Positions 29,919 through 40,233 of a stretch of DNA of 64,000 nucleotides are shown here, piece by piece (the stretch's first letter is position 1; the number at the start of each line of letters is the position of its first letter). The notes beneath the pieces are model-generated. The model was not told the DNA's origin and did no database searches. It worked only from the letters and a program-made list of their open reading frames with translations. This DNA is from a bacterium (GTDB lineage: Bacteria; SZUA-182; DTGQ01; JAFGSM01), in the NCBI GenBank assembly GCA_049472335.1, contig JBLIRO010000016.1:1-64000 (forward strand), in the 5' to 3' direction. Position numbers and translations under genes: made by a program.

Positions 29919-31649
29919 ATGAAAATGCCCGATAGGGAGCTTCAGGTTAAAATAGGGGTATTCTTCTGCTCTTGCGGACTTATTATGAATGATTATTTCG
30001 ACCTGAAGTCGCTATCGGATTATACCTCCGGTATCTCAGGTATCACTCATGTTGACAAAAATCGCTTTTTATGCACAAAAAGCGGATGCGAATGGCTGAA
30101 GACAAAGATCGCCCAGTCCGGGTGTAATCGAGTCGTAGTGGTTGGTTGTTCTCCAAGCTTACATGAGCTGACATTTATGAATTGCATAGAGGAAACAGGC
30201 CTTAACAGGTATTTTCTTGCTATAGCCAATATCAGGGAAGGATGCGCGTGGGTGATTACGGAAAGGGAAAAACTTATGTCACGGGCCAGGCAGATCATTA
30301 TGGCCGCTGTCAGGCGCGTGACATTTGCAAAGCCGGCAGAAAAGATAAGAAAAAAAATGAACCGTTCGGCTCTGGTAATCGGGGCGGGGATTGCCGGTGT
30401 TCAGACGGCTCTTGAATTACAAAGACTGGGCATCCGTCCTTTCATTATTGAAAAAAAACCTCAGGTAAGCCAGGAAAATCCTGTATTTCTAATACCCCAC
30501 AATCAGGAAGTAAATGCGCGGGAGATGTTCTCCTCAAAGATTAGAGAGATAAGGGAAAAAAATATCGATTTGCTTACATCAACTCAGGTTAAAGAAGTAA
30601 AAGGAAATGTGGGGTCCTTCCGAGTTGTCCTGGATAATATGGGGCATGAAAAGGTGCTGGAAGTGGGATCAATTGTTGTGAGTACAGGATTTCGGCGTCA
30701 GGGTGGAGAGCAGATAAATGCCCTGCGGTCTTCCCGCCGGATTGTCAGTTTATCACAATTGAGAAATATGCTTGATTTTGAGAGAAGGACCCTGGAAAGG
30801 ATTCTGCTGACCCAGGATAAGAGAACCAAATATACATGCTTTATTCTATCGGATTCAGAGGCTTCTCCTAAAACTAATACGGTTACGGCCCTCAACGAGG
30901 CTCTTACCCTTAAGGAACAATTCAAGACTGAGATATTCATCGCATCGGAAGACATCACAGTGTCAGGAACGGAATTGGAATCTTTATACAGATTGGCCAG
31001 AGAAAAAGGCGTTCTTTTTTATCGTTATTCAAAGGATTCCCCCCCTGAATTCAGCCTTGAAAAAGGTATAATAACTGTTCGATTGAAAGACCCTGTGCTG
31101 GCAAAGGATGTTAAGGGGGAAAACGTTCCTTATATTGCCCTTTGCAGTGACCTCCTTGTACTTGAGGATGAAATCCTTCCAAGCGAAGGAACCAAAATTT
31201 TGGGGGATATCCTTCAGGTCAATCTGAATCAATGGGGATTCTTTCAGGAAAAAAATATCAATTTTCAACGCAATCTTTCAAACAGAAAGGGTATCTTTTT
31301 TACCGGCTCATGCCTCGGTGAAGAGGATATCTATGACACATTTAATGATGTAAGATCAGTAGCCATGGGCATCTGTTCCTTTTTATCAGGGGATTATCTG
31401 GAACTGGAAAAAAAGGTGGATATTGATACTGACAAATGTGTGCTGTGTCTGACATGCTATCGCTCATGCCCTCATAAGGCCATAGAGATAGAAGAGATAG
31501 ATGCTGGCCAAAAAAGAAAAGCCAGGGTTATTGTCGAGGCCTGCCAGGGATGCGGGATTTGTGCCGGGGAATGCCCTGCGAAGGCCATCGAGATGGTACC
31601 CTATTCTGACAATCAGATATTTTCTGAATTCATGGCGTGTGAGGAATAA
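29919..31649 (+). CDS. hdrA: HdrA-like flavoprotein (degenerate C-terminal-type module)
   Basis: IGVFFCSCG, VGCSPSLHE, NIREGCAW, GAGIAG and a C-terminal 2x[4Fe-4S]; lacks CVGSR/CSRVCC; start uncertain. Confidence 0.85.
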   Translation: MKMPDRELQVKIGVFFCSCGLIMNDYFDLKSLSDYTSGISGITHVDKNRFLCTKSGCEWLKTKIAQSGCNRVVVVGCSPSLHELTFMNCIEETGLNRYFLAIANIREGCAWVITEREKLMSRARQIIMAAVRRVTFAKPAEKIRKKMNRSALVIGAGIAGVQTALELQRLGIRPFIIEKKPQVSQENPVFLIPHNQEVNAREMFSSKIREIREKNIDLLTSTQVKEVKGNVGSFRVVLDNMGHEKVLEVGSIVVSTGFRRQGGEQINALRSSRRIVSLSQLRNMLDFERRTLERILLTQDKRTKYTCFILSDSEASPKTNTVTALNEALTLKEQFKTEIFIASEDITVSGTELESLYRLAREKGVLFYRYSKDSPPEFSLEKGIITVRLKDPVLAKDVKGENVPYIALCSDLLVLEDEILPSEGTKILGDILQVNLNQWGFFQEKNINFQRNLSNRKGIFFTGSCLGEEDIYDTFNDVRSVAMGICSFLSGDYLELEKKVDIDTDKCVLCLTCYRSCPHKAIEIEEIDAGQKRKARVIVEACQGCGICAGECPAKAIEMVPYSDNQIFSEFMACEE

Positions 31650-31654
31650 GATCT

Positions 31655-32068
31655 ATGGATTTTACACCAAATATTGTAGCCTTCTGTTGCGAAAACTCGG
31701 CTTACAGGGCCGCTGATACGGCAGGATCAAAAAAGGAGGGATATCCGCCCAACATAAAGATTTGCCGGCTCCCCTGCTCAGGAAAGCTGGAGATTATTCA
31801 TATCCTAAAGGCATTTGAAGAGGGCGCCGACGGGGTATTTATTTTTGCCTGCCATCAGGATAGCTGCAAGTTTTTAACAGGTAATATACGTGCGGGAAAA
31901 AGGATTGATCATGTAAGTGGGTTATTGGAAAAGATAGGCATCGAAAAAGGGCGTTTGCTTTTTTTTCAATTGTCTGAACTAGAATGGACCACCTTTTTGG
32001 ACATAGTTCGGGAGGGAAATGAAAGGATTAAGGGCTTGGGGCCAAGTCCGGCAAAGGTAAAACAATGA
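31655..32068 (+). CDS. mvhD: MvhD-like [2Fe-2S] subunit (variant)
   Basis: AFCCENS, LPCSGK, GADGV and ACHQDSC. Confidence 0.88.
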   Translation: MDFTPNIVAFCCENSAYRAADTAGSKKEGYPPNIKICRLPCSGKLEIIHILKAFEEGADGVFIFACHQDSCKFLTGNIRAGKRIDHVSGLLEKIGIEKGRLLFFQLSELEWTTFLDIVREGNERIKGLGPSPAKVKQ

Positions 32069-32733
32069 TTATCGCTGAACAGAAAGAAATATCGGAAGTT
32101 ATTGATATGGTGGGAGATCACCAAAGGATTCTGGTGATTGGTTGTGATACCTGCGTTACCATATGCCTTGCAGGAGGTGCTAAGGAGGCCGCCATCCTGG
32201 CCTCAGCCCTTCGACTGGCTTTCAGGGTAAAGGGTAAGCAGGTGAAAATAAGGGAAACCAGCATCGAGCGGCAATGCGAGCTGGAGTTTGTGGATCCCCT
32301 TGCATCAATAATAGATGACAGCGATCTTTTAATCTCAATGGGATGCGGAATAGGGGTGCAAACCATAGCCGAACGATTCAATCATTTAACGGTAATTCCT
32401 GCACTGAATACCAAATTTTTGGGTCTTCCGGAAAAACAGGGGATCTGGGTTGAACGCTGCCAGGCATGCGGCAATTGTGTTTTGGATAAGACCGGAGGCG
32501 TCTGTCCAATCTCCAGATGTTCAAAAAGCCTTTTAAACGGCCCCTGCGGGGGTTCCCAGGACGGCAAATGTGAAATAAATAAAGAGATCGACTGCGGCTG
32601 GCATTTGATATATGAACGACTAAAAACCTTGGGAAGACTTGAATGCCTGGAAGAAATCATGCCGATAAAAAACTGGTCTACAAATCGTGATGGCGGTCCC
32701 AGAAAGGTAGTCAGGGAGGACATGTGTCTATGA
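32065..32733 (+). CDS. metV: Methylenetetrahydrofolate reductase Fe-S/Zn subunit MetV
   Basis: GCDTCVTIC, RQCE, CQACGNC and CPISRCSKSLLNGPCGG. Confidence 0.92.
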   Translation: MIIAEQKEISEVIDMVGDHQRILVIGCDTCVTICLAGGAKEAAILASALRLAFRVKGKQVKIRETSIERQCELEFVDPLASIIDDSDLLISMGCGIGVQTIAERFNHLTVIPALNTKFLGLPEKQGIWVERCQACGNCVLDKTGGVCPISRCSKSLLNGPCGGSQDGKCEINKEIDCGWHLIYERLKTLGRLECLEEIMPIKNWSTNRDGGPRKVVREDMCL

Positions 32734-33671
32734 AGTCAGGCAGCCATTTGGAGACATTGTTAAGCAAAGGACATTTTGTAGCCACTGCTGAATTAGGCCC
32801 TCCAAAAAGTGCAGATCTCACATTGATAAAGCAAAAGGCATCTATCCTTCGCGGATTTGTGGATGCGGTTAATATAACTGATAATCAGACGGCAATTGTC
32901 CGTGTCTCAAGTATTGCTGCGGGAAAGATCGCTTTCGAAGAGGGACTTGAACCTATCATACAGATGACTTGCAGGGACCGTAACCGGTTAGCCATACAAA
33001 GCGATCTTCTCGGGGCATACGTTTTGGGTCTAAGAAATCTTTTATGCCTTAGCGGTGATCATCAAAGCTTTGGAAATCACCCTTATGCAAAAAATGTTTA
33101 CGATCTGGATTCCATTCAATTGGTTCAGATGTTGAAGAATATGAGGGATGAAAAGATATTTGAATGTGGCGAGGAGATTCGTAACACTAAAAAATCCGAT
33201 ATTATGGAACCCCGGATGTTTCTTGGGGTAGCTGCCAATCCATTCGCCGATCCCTTTGAGTTCCGGGTAGTCCGGTTGGCAAAAAAGATAAAGGCAGGGG
33301 CTGATTTTGTTCAGACTCAATGCATCTTTGATCTTCCCAAGTTTAAAGAATGGATGAAGATGGTCGTTGACAGGGGCCTGCACGAAAAGATATACATCCT
33401 GGCAGGTGTAATGCCCATAAAATCATACCGTGTGCTTCAATATATGAAAAACAACGTTGCAGGCATGAGTATTCCGGACGATCTGATCGACAGGATGAAG
33501 GGCGCGGATGACCCCAAGGCCGAAGGGGTTGAAGTATGTGTTGAAATGATTCAGCAATTACGGAAAATTTCTGGCATACACGGTGTACATATCATGGCAG
33601 TGGAATGGGAGGAAATAGTCCCTGAGATTGTTCAAAAAGCGGGGCTTTCTCCAAGACCGACTGTTCAATAA
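32730..33671 (+). CDS. metF: Methylenetetrahydrofolate reductase MetF
   Basis: ELGPPK, NITDNQ, CRDRNR, LSGDH, GADFVQTQ and GVHIMA; ATGA overlap with metV. Confidence 0.95.
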   Translation: MKSGSHLETLLSKGHFVATAELGPPKSADLTLIKQKASILRGFVDAVNITDNQTAIVRVSSIAAGKIAFEEGLEPIIQMTCRDRNRLAIQSDLLGAYVLGLRNLLCLSGDHQSFGNHPYAKNVYDLDSIQLVQMLKNMRDEKIFECGEEIRNTKKSDIMEPRMFLGVAANPFADPFEFRVVRLAKKIKAGADFVQTQCIFDLPKFKEWMKMVVDRGLHEKIYILAGVMPIKSYRVLQYMKNNVAGMSIPDDLIDRMKGADDPKAEGVEVCVEMIQQLRKISGIHGVHIMAVEWEEIVPEIVQKAGLSPRPTVQ

Positions 33672-33724
33672 TAGAAAAAAGCTAAAGTTTTACAACATAG
33701 AGCTTATTTAAAGGAGTGTGGGTA

Positions 33725-34228
33725 ATGCCGGTATCAAAAGAAAAGGGAAATGCCACCATTAATGTTTCCGATCTGGATGCAAAATTCAAGTACGAGGTTT
33801 CGGACCAGCCTGGTGGTGAGAATCTGAAACTTTGTTTTTCTTGCGGGATCTGTACTGCCGGCTGTCCGGTTACAGAGGTGGAAAATGAGTATAATCCCAG
33901 AAAACTGATCCGCATGATACTATTGGGAATGAAGGAAGAGGTTCTCTCTTCCAACCTGATCTGGCTATGTTCACTTTGTTATACATGTTACGCGCGCTGT
34001 CCTCAAAACGTAAAATTTACGGATATTATGGGTGTTCTCAGGGATATGGCTGTCAGGGAGAACTATGTGCATCCCTCCTTTGTAAAGAATGTGGACGAGA
34101 TTGACCGGCTATCTCAACAATTGAGGCATCAAATGGTCCGGTCCATCTTTCCGTACAAAAAAAAGAATAAATCTATCAATCAAAAAGAGTTGTTGAAAAA
34201 AGCGCTCGAGAATATGAGTAAGGAGTAA
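33725..34228 (+). CDS. hdrC: HdrC-like 2x[4Fe-4S] protein
   Basis: CFSCGICTAGCP, YNPRK and IWLCSLCYTCYARCP; AAGGAG RBS before 33725. Confidence 0.88.
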   Translation: MPVSKEKGNATINVSDLDAKFKYEVSDQPGGENLKLCFSCGICTAGCPVTEVENEYNPRKLIRMILLGMKEEVLSSNLIWLCSLCYTCYARCPQNVKFTDIMGVLRDMAVRENYVHPSFVKNVDEIDRLSQQLRHQMVRSIFPYKKKNKSINQKELLKKALENMSKE

Positions 34229-34235
34229 ATGTACG

Positions 34236-37200
34236 ATGGGGAATAATTCTCCAAAAAAGAAGATAGGAGCGGTTATGGTAGTCGGCGGCGGGGTTGCGGG
34301 AGTGCAATCCGCCCTTGACCTGGCTGATTCAGGATATAAGGTCTATCTTGTCGAGAGGGGATTGAGTATCGGCGGAGTAATGGCGCAACTTGACAAGACC
34401 TTTCCTACCAATGATTGTTCCATGTGTATACTGGCCCCCAAATTGGTGGATACAGGCCGTCACCAAAATATCGAAATCATTACAAACTCCGAGATCCTGG
34501 GTCTTGAAGGAGATGAAGGGGATTTCAAGGTCAGGATATTGAAATATCCAAGGTATATCGATGAAACAAAGTGTAATGGATGCGGTGATTGTGAAAAGCA
34601 ATGTCCAGTGGAGGTTCCCAATGAATTTGAACAAAACCTGAGCACAAGGAAGGCTATTTACAAACCATTTGCTCAGGCCATTCCGAATAAGTATTCCATA
34701 GATAAACAGGGAAAGTCACCATGTAAGCTGGCCTGTCCTCTCGAACAAAATGCCCAGGGATATATTGCCCTGATCAAGGAAAAAAAATTCGCTGAGGCAT
34801 TCAACCTGATAAAAAAGAATAATCCCATCCCCATTGTCTGCGGCAGAATATGTGCCCACCCATGCGAAGAGGTATGCAAGAGGGGAGAAATAGACGAGCC
34901 AATGTCCATTGCGGCCCTGAAACGTTTTGTAGCCGATTACGCGTTTGAACATAAGATAGAGGCCCATCTGGAGAAAGCCGAGGAGCGCAAGGAAAGTGTC
35001 GCAATCATAGGATCCGGACCTGCCGGACTGGTTGCCGCCCATGATCTGGCCTTGCTGGGCTATAAGGTTACCATATTCGAGGCCATGGCTGTCGCTGGTG
35101 GTATGCTTGCATTAGGCATACCTGACTACCGCCTTCCCAGGGACATCCTGAATTCCCAAATTGATTTCATCAAATCCCTTGGCGTTGAAATAAGGTTGAA
35201 TTCCCCCATAGGTCCCTATTTCAACTTTGATGATCTAAAGGCTGAAGGATATAGCGCCATTTTAATTGCGACCGGTGCCCATAAGAGTCTGACATTGAAC
35301 ATCCCGGGGGAAGAATTAAAGGGCGTTGTTCATTGTACCGATTTTCTGTGCGATGTAAATCTTGGCAAAAAGATCGATGTGGGTGACAGGGTGGCAGTCA
35401 TAGGCGGAGGCAACACTGCCGTTGATGCATCAAGAACGGCATTCCGTCTGGGTGCCAAGGAAATAACCATAATTTACAGAAGGACCCGGTTAGAGATGCC
35501 CGCTCTGGAGGATGAAATCGAGGCCGCTGAATTCGAAGGAGTTAAAATCGAGTATTTAGCTGCCCCTGTTCAGATTCTCGGAGAAAACGGCCGTGTTACC
35601 GGTTTAAAATGCGTGCGAATGGAATTGGCCGAACCTGATGACCGTGGCCGAAGAAGACCCATTCCAATCGCGGATTCCGAATTTGTAATCCCAGTAGATA
35701 TCGTCATACCCGCATTGAGCCAGTCCCCTGATCTTTCCTTTTTGCCTGGCGACACGGACCTTAAGATAAGCCCATATGACACCCTGGATGTGGACCCTGT
35801 TACGGGTGCAACCAATCTGGAAGGGATCTTTGCAGCAGGTGAGGTCGTTACCGGTCCCGGGATCGCTGTCGAGGCCATGATTTCTGGGAGGGAATCGGCC
35901 ATCTCCATTGACAGATATATTAACGGCGAGGATATGAGAAAGGGAAGAGAGACCAAAAAGGTTTTTGAAAAAGCCGAGCCGGAAATAGAAAGATGGAACG
36001 TAGAGACAAGGCCGCGTGTCAAAATGCCCAGACTAAGCCTCGAAGAGCGTAGAGGTAATTTCAAGGAGGTAGACCTGGGATTGACGGAGGAGATGGCAGT
36101 GGAGGAGTCCAAACGATGTCTTAACTGCGGCGTCTGTTCTGAATGTATGGAATGTGTGGCGACCTGTAAGGCGGAAGCCATAAGGCATGATATGAAAGAA
36201 GAGATAATGGACCTGGAAGTGGGAAGTCTTATCCTGGCCCCGGGTTATGAGGAGTTCGACGCCAGACTGAAGACCAATTTCGGTTATGGCCGGTTTCCAA
36301 ACGTGGTTACGAGCATGGAGTTTGAGCGTATCCTGAGCGCATCAGGTCCCTACAAGGGACATGTGGTCCGCCCATCCGACCATCGCGAACCCAAGCGGAT
36401 TGCCTTCATCCAGTGCGTGGGGTCAAGGGATACCTCCTGTGATAACGATTATTGCTCTTCTGTCTGCTGTATGTATTCCATCAAGGAAGCGGTTATTGCA
36501 AAAGAGCATGTCCGGACCATCAAGCCCAGCATCTTTTATAATGATATGCGGGCGTATGGAAAGGACTTCGATAAATATGTGAACCGCGCGGAAAAGGATT
36601 ACGGGGTAAGGTTCATCAAGTCCCTCGTCTCACATGTTGAGCAGGTGCCGGATACTAAAGACCTTGTATTGAAATATATCCTGGAAGACGGACAATTTAT
36701 CAGCGAAGAATTCGATATGGTGATCCTTGCTGTAGGGTTCGAGCCTCCGCAGGATGTTCAGGAGACGGCAAAGAGGCTGGGTGTTTCCTTAAATAGATTT
36801 GGTTTTTGCCATACCGAAGCGATGGCCCCTTTAAAAACATCACGACCGGGAGTCTACGTCTGCGGTGCCTTCGCAGGGCCAAAGGATATTCCTGAAACAG
36901 TCACTCAGGCAAGCGGGGCTGCCAGCGAGGCATCAGCTTTATTACATCATGCACGTAATACAATGGTTACCGAAAAGATCTATCCACCGGAAAGAGATAT
37001 CTCAGGAGTGCCTCCGCGGATAGGGGTATTTGTATGCCATTGCGGGATAAATATAGGCGGCTTTCTTAATGTGCCCGAGGTCATGGAGTACGCTCTTACT
37101 CTTCCCTTTATAGAATTCGCTGCAGAGAACCTCTATACATGCTCGGAGGACACACAGCAAAAGATGGTGGAGGTCATAAAGGAGCATAATCTCAACAGGG

Positions 37201-38675
37201 TAATAGTTGCCTCCTGCTCCCCAAGGACACATGAGCCTCTTTTTCAGGAAACCATCCGTGAAGCGGGCCTGAATCCATATCTTTTTGAAATGGCCAATAT
37301 AAGGGACCAGTGTTCCTGGGTGCACATGTTTGAGAAGGAAAAGGCCACCGAGAAGGCCAAAGACCTGGTTAGGATGGCGGTTTATAAGGCAGCCCTCATA
37401 GAACCTTTAAAAAGGCTCTCTTTGCCGGTAAATCCAGCTGCTATGGTCCTGGGAGGCGGAGTGTCAGGCATGGTCAGTGCATTGGCACTGGCTGATCAGG
37501 GCTTTGATGTTCATCTGGTAGAGAAGGGTTCACATCTAGGAGGAATAGCCAGAAAGATCCATTTTACCCCTGGTGAGAGGAATTTTCCCTTTCAACTGGA
37601 ATCTATGATTAATCAGGTCCGGCAACATCCTCTAATCCATCTGTATATGGACTCGGAAGTGACCGGAGTTGCAGGCTTCGTCGGAAATTTCAGCTCAACA
37701 GTTCTGTCGAAAAGACGCGAAATCACCCTGGATCATGGAGCTGTTATCGTGGCCACAGGGGCGGATGAATATCTGCCTCAGGAATACCTTTATGGACAAA
37801 ATTCAAAGGTGGTTACAGCCCATGAGCTGGAGGACCTTATCTCTACTAAAAACCTGGATGAGCTTAATATAAGAAATATCGTAATGATTCAATGCGTTGG
37901 TTCCAGAGAAAAGGGCCGGATGTATTGCAGCAGGGTATGCTGCAACCAGAGTATAAAGACTGCCCTGCGTATTAAGGAGATCAATCCTGATATAAATATA
38001 TATATCCTTTACCGGGATATCCGCTCCTATGGGTTCCATGAGGAGCTTTACCAGAAGGCCCGCTCAAAGGGAGTTTTGTTCATCCGTTATGACCTGGATG
38101 AAAAGCCCCTCGTATCTGAAAAAGGGGACGGTTCTATTTTTGTAAAGGTAAAGGATCCCATACTTGATAAATATATTACCTTGCAGGCCGATATATTGGC
38201 CTTGGGAACCGCGATCCTGGCGCCTGAGCAAAACAAGGATATTGCCAAGATGTTGAAGGTACCGGTCAATGAGGACGGGTTCTTTCTGGAAGCTCATATG
38301 AAGCTGAGGCCGGTTGATTTTGCCACGGACGGAATATTTGTTTGCGGACTTGCTCACGCGCCTAAATCAATAGATGAGAGCATTTCTCAGGCCAAGGCTG
38401 CCGCGTCACGGGCATCTCTGGTTCTGAGCAAATCTGCCATTCAGACACAAGGGCAAACAGCGCGCGTTGATAAAAACCGTTGTGCAGGCTGTGGCCTTTG
38501 TGAGTTAGTTTGTGCATACAAGGCCATTGAGCTTGATTTAGAAGAGGGATGCGCCAAGGTCAATGAGGCCCTCTGCAAGGGATGCGGGGCCTGCGCGGCA
38601 ACCTGTCGATCGGGAGCCCTCGATGTCAAAGGATTTACCGATCAGCAAATATTTCAGATGATGGAGGCCTTATAA
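34236..38675 (+). CDS. hdrL: HdrL-type protein: two HdrA modules with an inserted GltD/NfnB-like NAD(P)H-binding domain
   Basis: MAQLDKTFPTNDCSMC; insert CGRICAHPCE, GSGPAG, GGGNTAVD, YRR; two CVGSR..CSxVCC motifs; PKDI and PKSI; terminal ferredoxin. Confidence 0.9.
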   Translation: MGNNSPKKKIGAVMVVGGGVAGVQSALDLADSGYKVYLVERGLSIGGVMAQLDKTFPTNDCSMCILAPKLVDTGRHQNIEIITNSEILGLEGDEGDFKVRILKYPRYIDETKCNGCGDCEKQCPVEVPNEFEQNLSTRKAIYKPFAQAIPNKYSIDKQGKSPCKLACPLEQNAQGYIALIKEKKFAEAFNLIKKNNPIPIVCGRICAHPCEEVCKRGEIDEPMSIAALKRFVADYAFEHKIEAHLEKAEERKESVAIIGSGPAGLVAAHDLALLGYKVTIFEAMAVAGGMLALGIPDYRLPRDILNSQIDFIKSLGVEIRLNSPIGPYFNFDDLKAEGYSAILIATGAHKSLTLNIPGEELKGVVHCTDFLCDVNLGKKIDVGDRVAVIGGGNTAVDASRTAFRLGAKEITIIYRRTRLEMPALEDEIEAAEFEGVKIEYLAAPVQILGENGRVTGLKCVRMELAEPDDRGRRRPIPIADSEFVIPVDIVIPALSQSPDLSFLPGDTDLKISPYDTLDVDPVTGATNLEGIFAAGEVVTGPGIAVEAMISGRESAISIDRYINGEDMRKGRETKKVFEKAEPEIERWNVETRPRVKMPRLSLEERRGNFKEVDLGLTEEMAVEESKRCLNCGVCSECMECVATCKAEAIRHDMKEEIMDLEVGSLILAPGYEEFDARLKTNFGYGRFPNVVTSMEFERILSASGPYKGHVVRPSDHREPKRIAFIQCVGSRDTSCDNDYCSSVCCMYSIKEAVIAKEHVRTIKPSIFYNDMRAYGKDFDKYVNRAEKDYGVRFIKSLVSHVEQVPDTKDLVLKYILEDGQFISEEFDMVILAVGFEPPQDVQETAKRLGVSLNRFGFCHTEAMAPLKTSRPGVYVCGAFAGPKDIPETVTQASGAASEASALLHHARNTMVTEKIYPPERDISGVPPRIGVFVCHCGINIGGFLNVPEVMEYALTLPFIEFAAENLYTCSEDTQQKMVEVIKEHNLNRVIVASCSPRTHEPLFQETIREAGLNPYLFEMANIRDQCSWVHMFEKEKATEKAKDLVRMAVYKAALIEPLKRLSLPVNPAAMVLGGGVSGMVSALALADQGFDVHLVEKGSHLGGIARKIHFTPGERNFPFQLESMINQVRQHPLIHLYMDSEVTGVAGFVGNFSSTVLSKRREITLDHGAVIVATGADEYLPQEYLYGQNSKVVTAHELEDLISTKNLDELNIRNIVMIQCVGSREKGRMYCSRVCCNQSIKTALRIKEINPDINIYILYRDIRSYGFHEELYQKARSKGVLFIRYDLDEKPLVSEKGDGSIFVKVKDPILDKYITLQADILALGTAILAPEQNKDIAKMLKVPVNEDGFFLEAHMKLRPVDFATDGIFVCGLAHAPKSIDESISQAKAAASRASLVLSKSAIQTQGQTARVDKNRCAGCGLCELVCAYKAIELDLEEGCAKVNEALCKGCGACAATCRSGALDVKGFTDQQIFQMMEAL

Positions 38676-38677
38676 AC

Positions 38678-39115
38678 ATGGATAAAGAGAGTAAACAAGG
38701 GCCCTGGGAGCCAAAGATCGTGGCGTTTCTTTGTAATTGGTGCAGCTATGCCGGTGCGGACCTGGCAGGGATAAGCAGGATTCAATATCCCCCCAATGTC
38801 CGTGTGATTCGTGTGCCCTGCTCCGGAAGGATCAATCCTGTTTTTATCCTGAAGGCACTGCAAAGCGGTGCTGACGCGGTTCTGGTCTCTGGTTGCCATC
38901 CCGGTGACTGTCATTATGTAAGCGGAAATTACTATGCCAGAAGAAAGTTTGAAATATTCAACCGCCTTCTGGATTATATCGGGCTGGAAAAAGGGCGGGT
39001 GTTTTTTTCCTGGGTTTCTGCTGCAGAAGGTGAAAACTTCGGACGACTGATTTCATATGTTGTAGATGAAGTAAAAAAAATAGGGCCAGCAGAAAAGCTG
39101 GTAAAATCGATTTAA
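38678..39115 (+). CDS. flxD: MvhD/FlxD-like [2Fe-2S] subunit
   Basis: FLCNWCSYAGAD, VPCSGR and GCHPGDCHY; GGAGG RBS before 38678. Confidence 0.9.
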   Translation: MDKESKQGPWEPKIVAFLCNWCSYAGADLAGISRIQYPPNVRVIRVPCSGRINPVFILKALQSGADAVLVSGCHPGDCHYVSGNYYARRKFEIFNRLLDYIGLEKGRVFFSWVSAAEGENFGRLISYVVDEVKKIGPAEKLVKSI

Positions 39116-39165
39116 TAAATCTTTTTGGTTGAATACTGCGTCGAATTCGATATTGGAGTTTATAC

Positions 39166-40128
39166 ATGTGGTCAGAAGAAATAAATAAAAAGATCCAAAC
39201 CACTGCTGAATCCTTATTACAGGGAGGAAAGGTTGATCTTATAATTGGCTATCAGTCAGGCACCTCCCCTGTACGAACGAAGCCCTGTTTTGTTCGTGAT
39301 GCAGAGCAGGTATCCCGGTTAATTTGGAACCCTTTTTGCGAAAACAACCTTAGTGTTTATCTAAACGGCAGCAGGCCGGAAAAAACAGGATTAATAGCAA
39401 AGGGGTGCGATGCAAGATCCGCTGTAATCGCTTTACAGGAAAAGCGCATAGATCGTGACCGCTTAGTTATTATAGGCGTTCCATGCTCCGGAATCGTGGA
39501 CCGTAAAAAATTGGCGGCTATGACGGATGTTGATAGTGTCGAATCCTTTTCCTTTAAAGAAGATTCATTGATATTCCATGGGAAAAATGAAGTAAAGATA
39601 CCTTTAGATAATATATTACATGCTTCTTGTCTCACCTGTTCCCGGAGGAACGCCCCAGTATCCGATCTCTTTATCGGAACAAAGAGCCCTGAACCGGCTA
39701 TACAGGATGAGTATGCTGATATAAATGCATTTGAGGCATTGAGTCCGAAGGAGCGATGGCAGCATTTTAAACAAATGGCCCAAAAATGTATAAGATGTTA
39801 TGCTTGCAGAAATGCCTGCCCTTTGTGCTATTGTGAGGAATGTATAGTTGATCAGACACAGCCTCAGTGGTTTGGCAAAACAACCGCAGAAGAAGATGTA
39901 TTGGCTTATCATATCATGAGGGCTTATCACGCAGCAGGAAGATGTATAGATTGCGGTGCGTGCAGCAGGGCTTGCCCCATGGGCATTGATCTGCGTTTTT
40001 TAAATAAAAAGCTGCAAAAAGTGGTTCAGGAGCTATATCAATATGTTCCCGGAATCGATCCGGAAGCGTCACCGGCCCTCGGCGTTTACAAACCCGATGA
40101 TCCACAGGATTGCATCACGGAAAAATAG
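39166..40128 (+). CDS. flxC: FlxC-like Fe-S protein (FrhB/FdhB-related)
   Basis: KGCDARS, CIRCYACRNACPLCYC and GRCIDCGACSRACP. Confidence 0.82.
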   Translation: MWSEEINKKIQTTAESLLQGGKVDLIIGYQSGTSPVRTKPCFVRDAEQVSRLIWNPFCENNLSVYLNGSRPEKTGLIAKGCDARSAVIALQEKRIDRDRLVIIGVPCSGIVDRKKLAAMTDVDSVESFSFKEDSLIFHGKNEVKIPLDNILHASCLTCSRRNAPVSDLFIGTKSPEPAIQDEYADINAFEALSPKERWQHFKQMAQKCIRCYACRNACPLCYCEECIVDQTQPQWFGKTTAEEDVLAYHIMRAYHAAGRCIDCGACSRACPMGIDLRFLNKKLQKVVQELYQYVPGIDPEASPALGVYKPDDPQDCITEK

Positions 40129-40233
40129 TTTCATTTAAATTTATTATTTTTAAATTTATATGAATGATATATAAAGTATTATGAATAAGGCTGAAAATAT
40201 AATAAACGGACAAAATGTTTAATATATAGACAA

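Noticed and set aside
28596..32068. QmoABC of sulfate reduction
   Set aside because: No aprAB, sat or membrane-bound QmoC in the window; the context is metVF.
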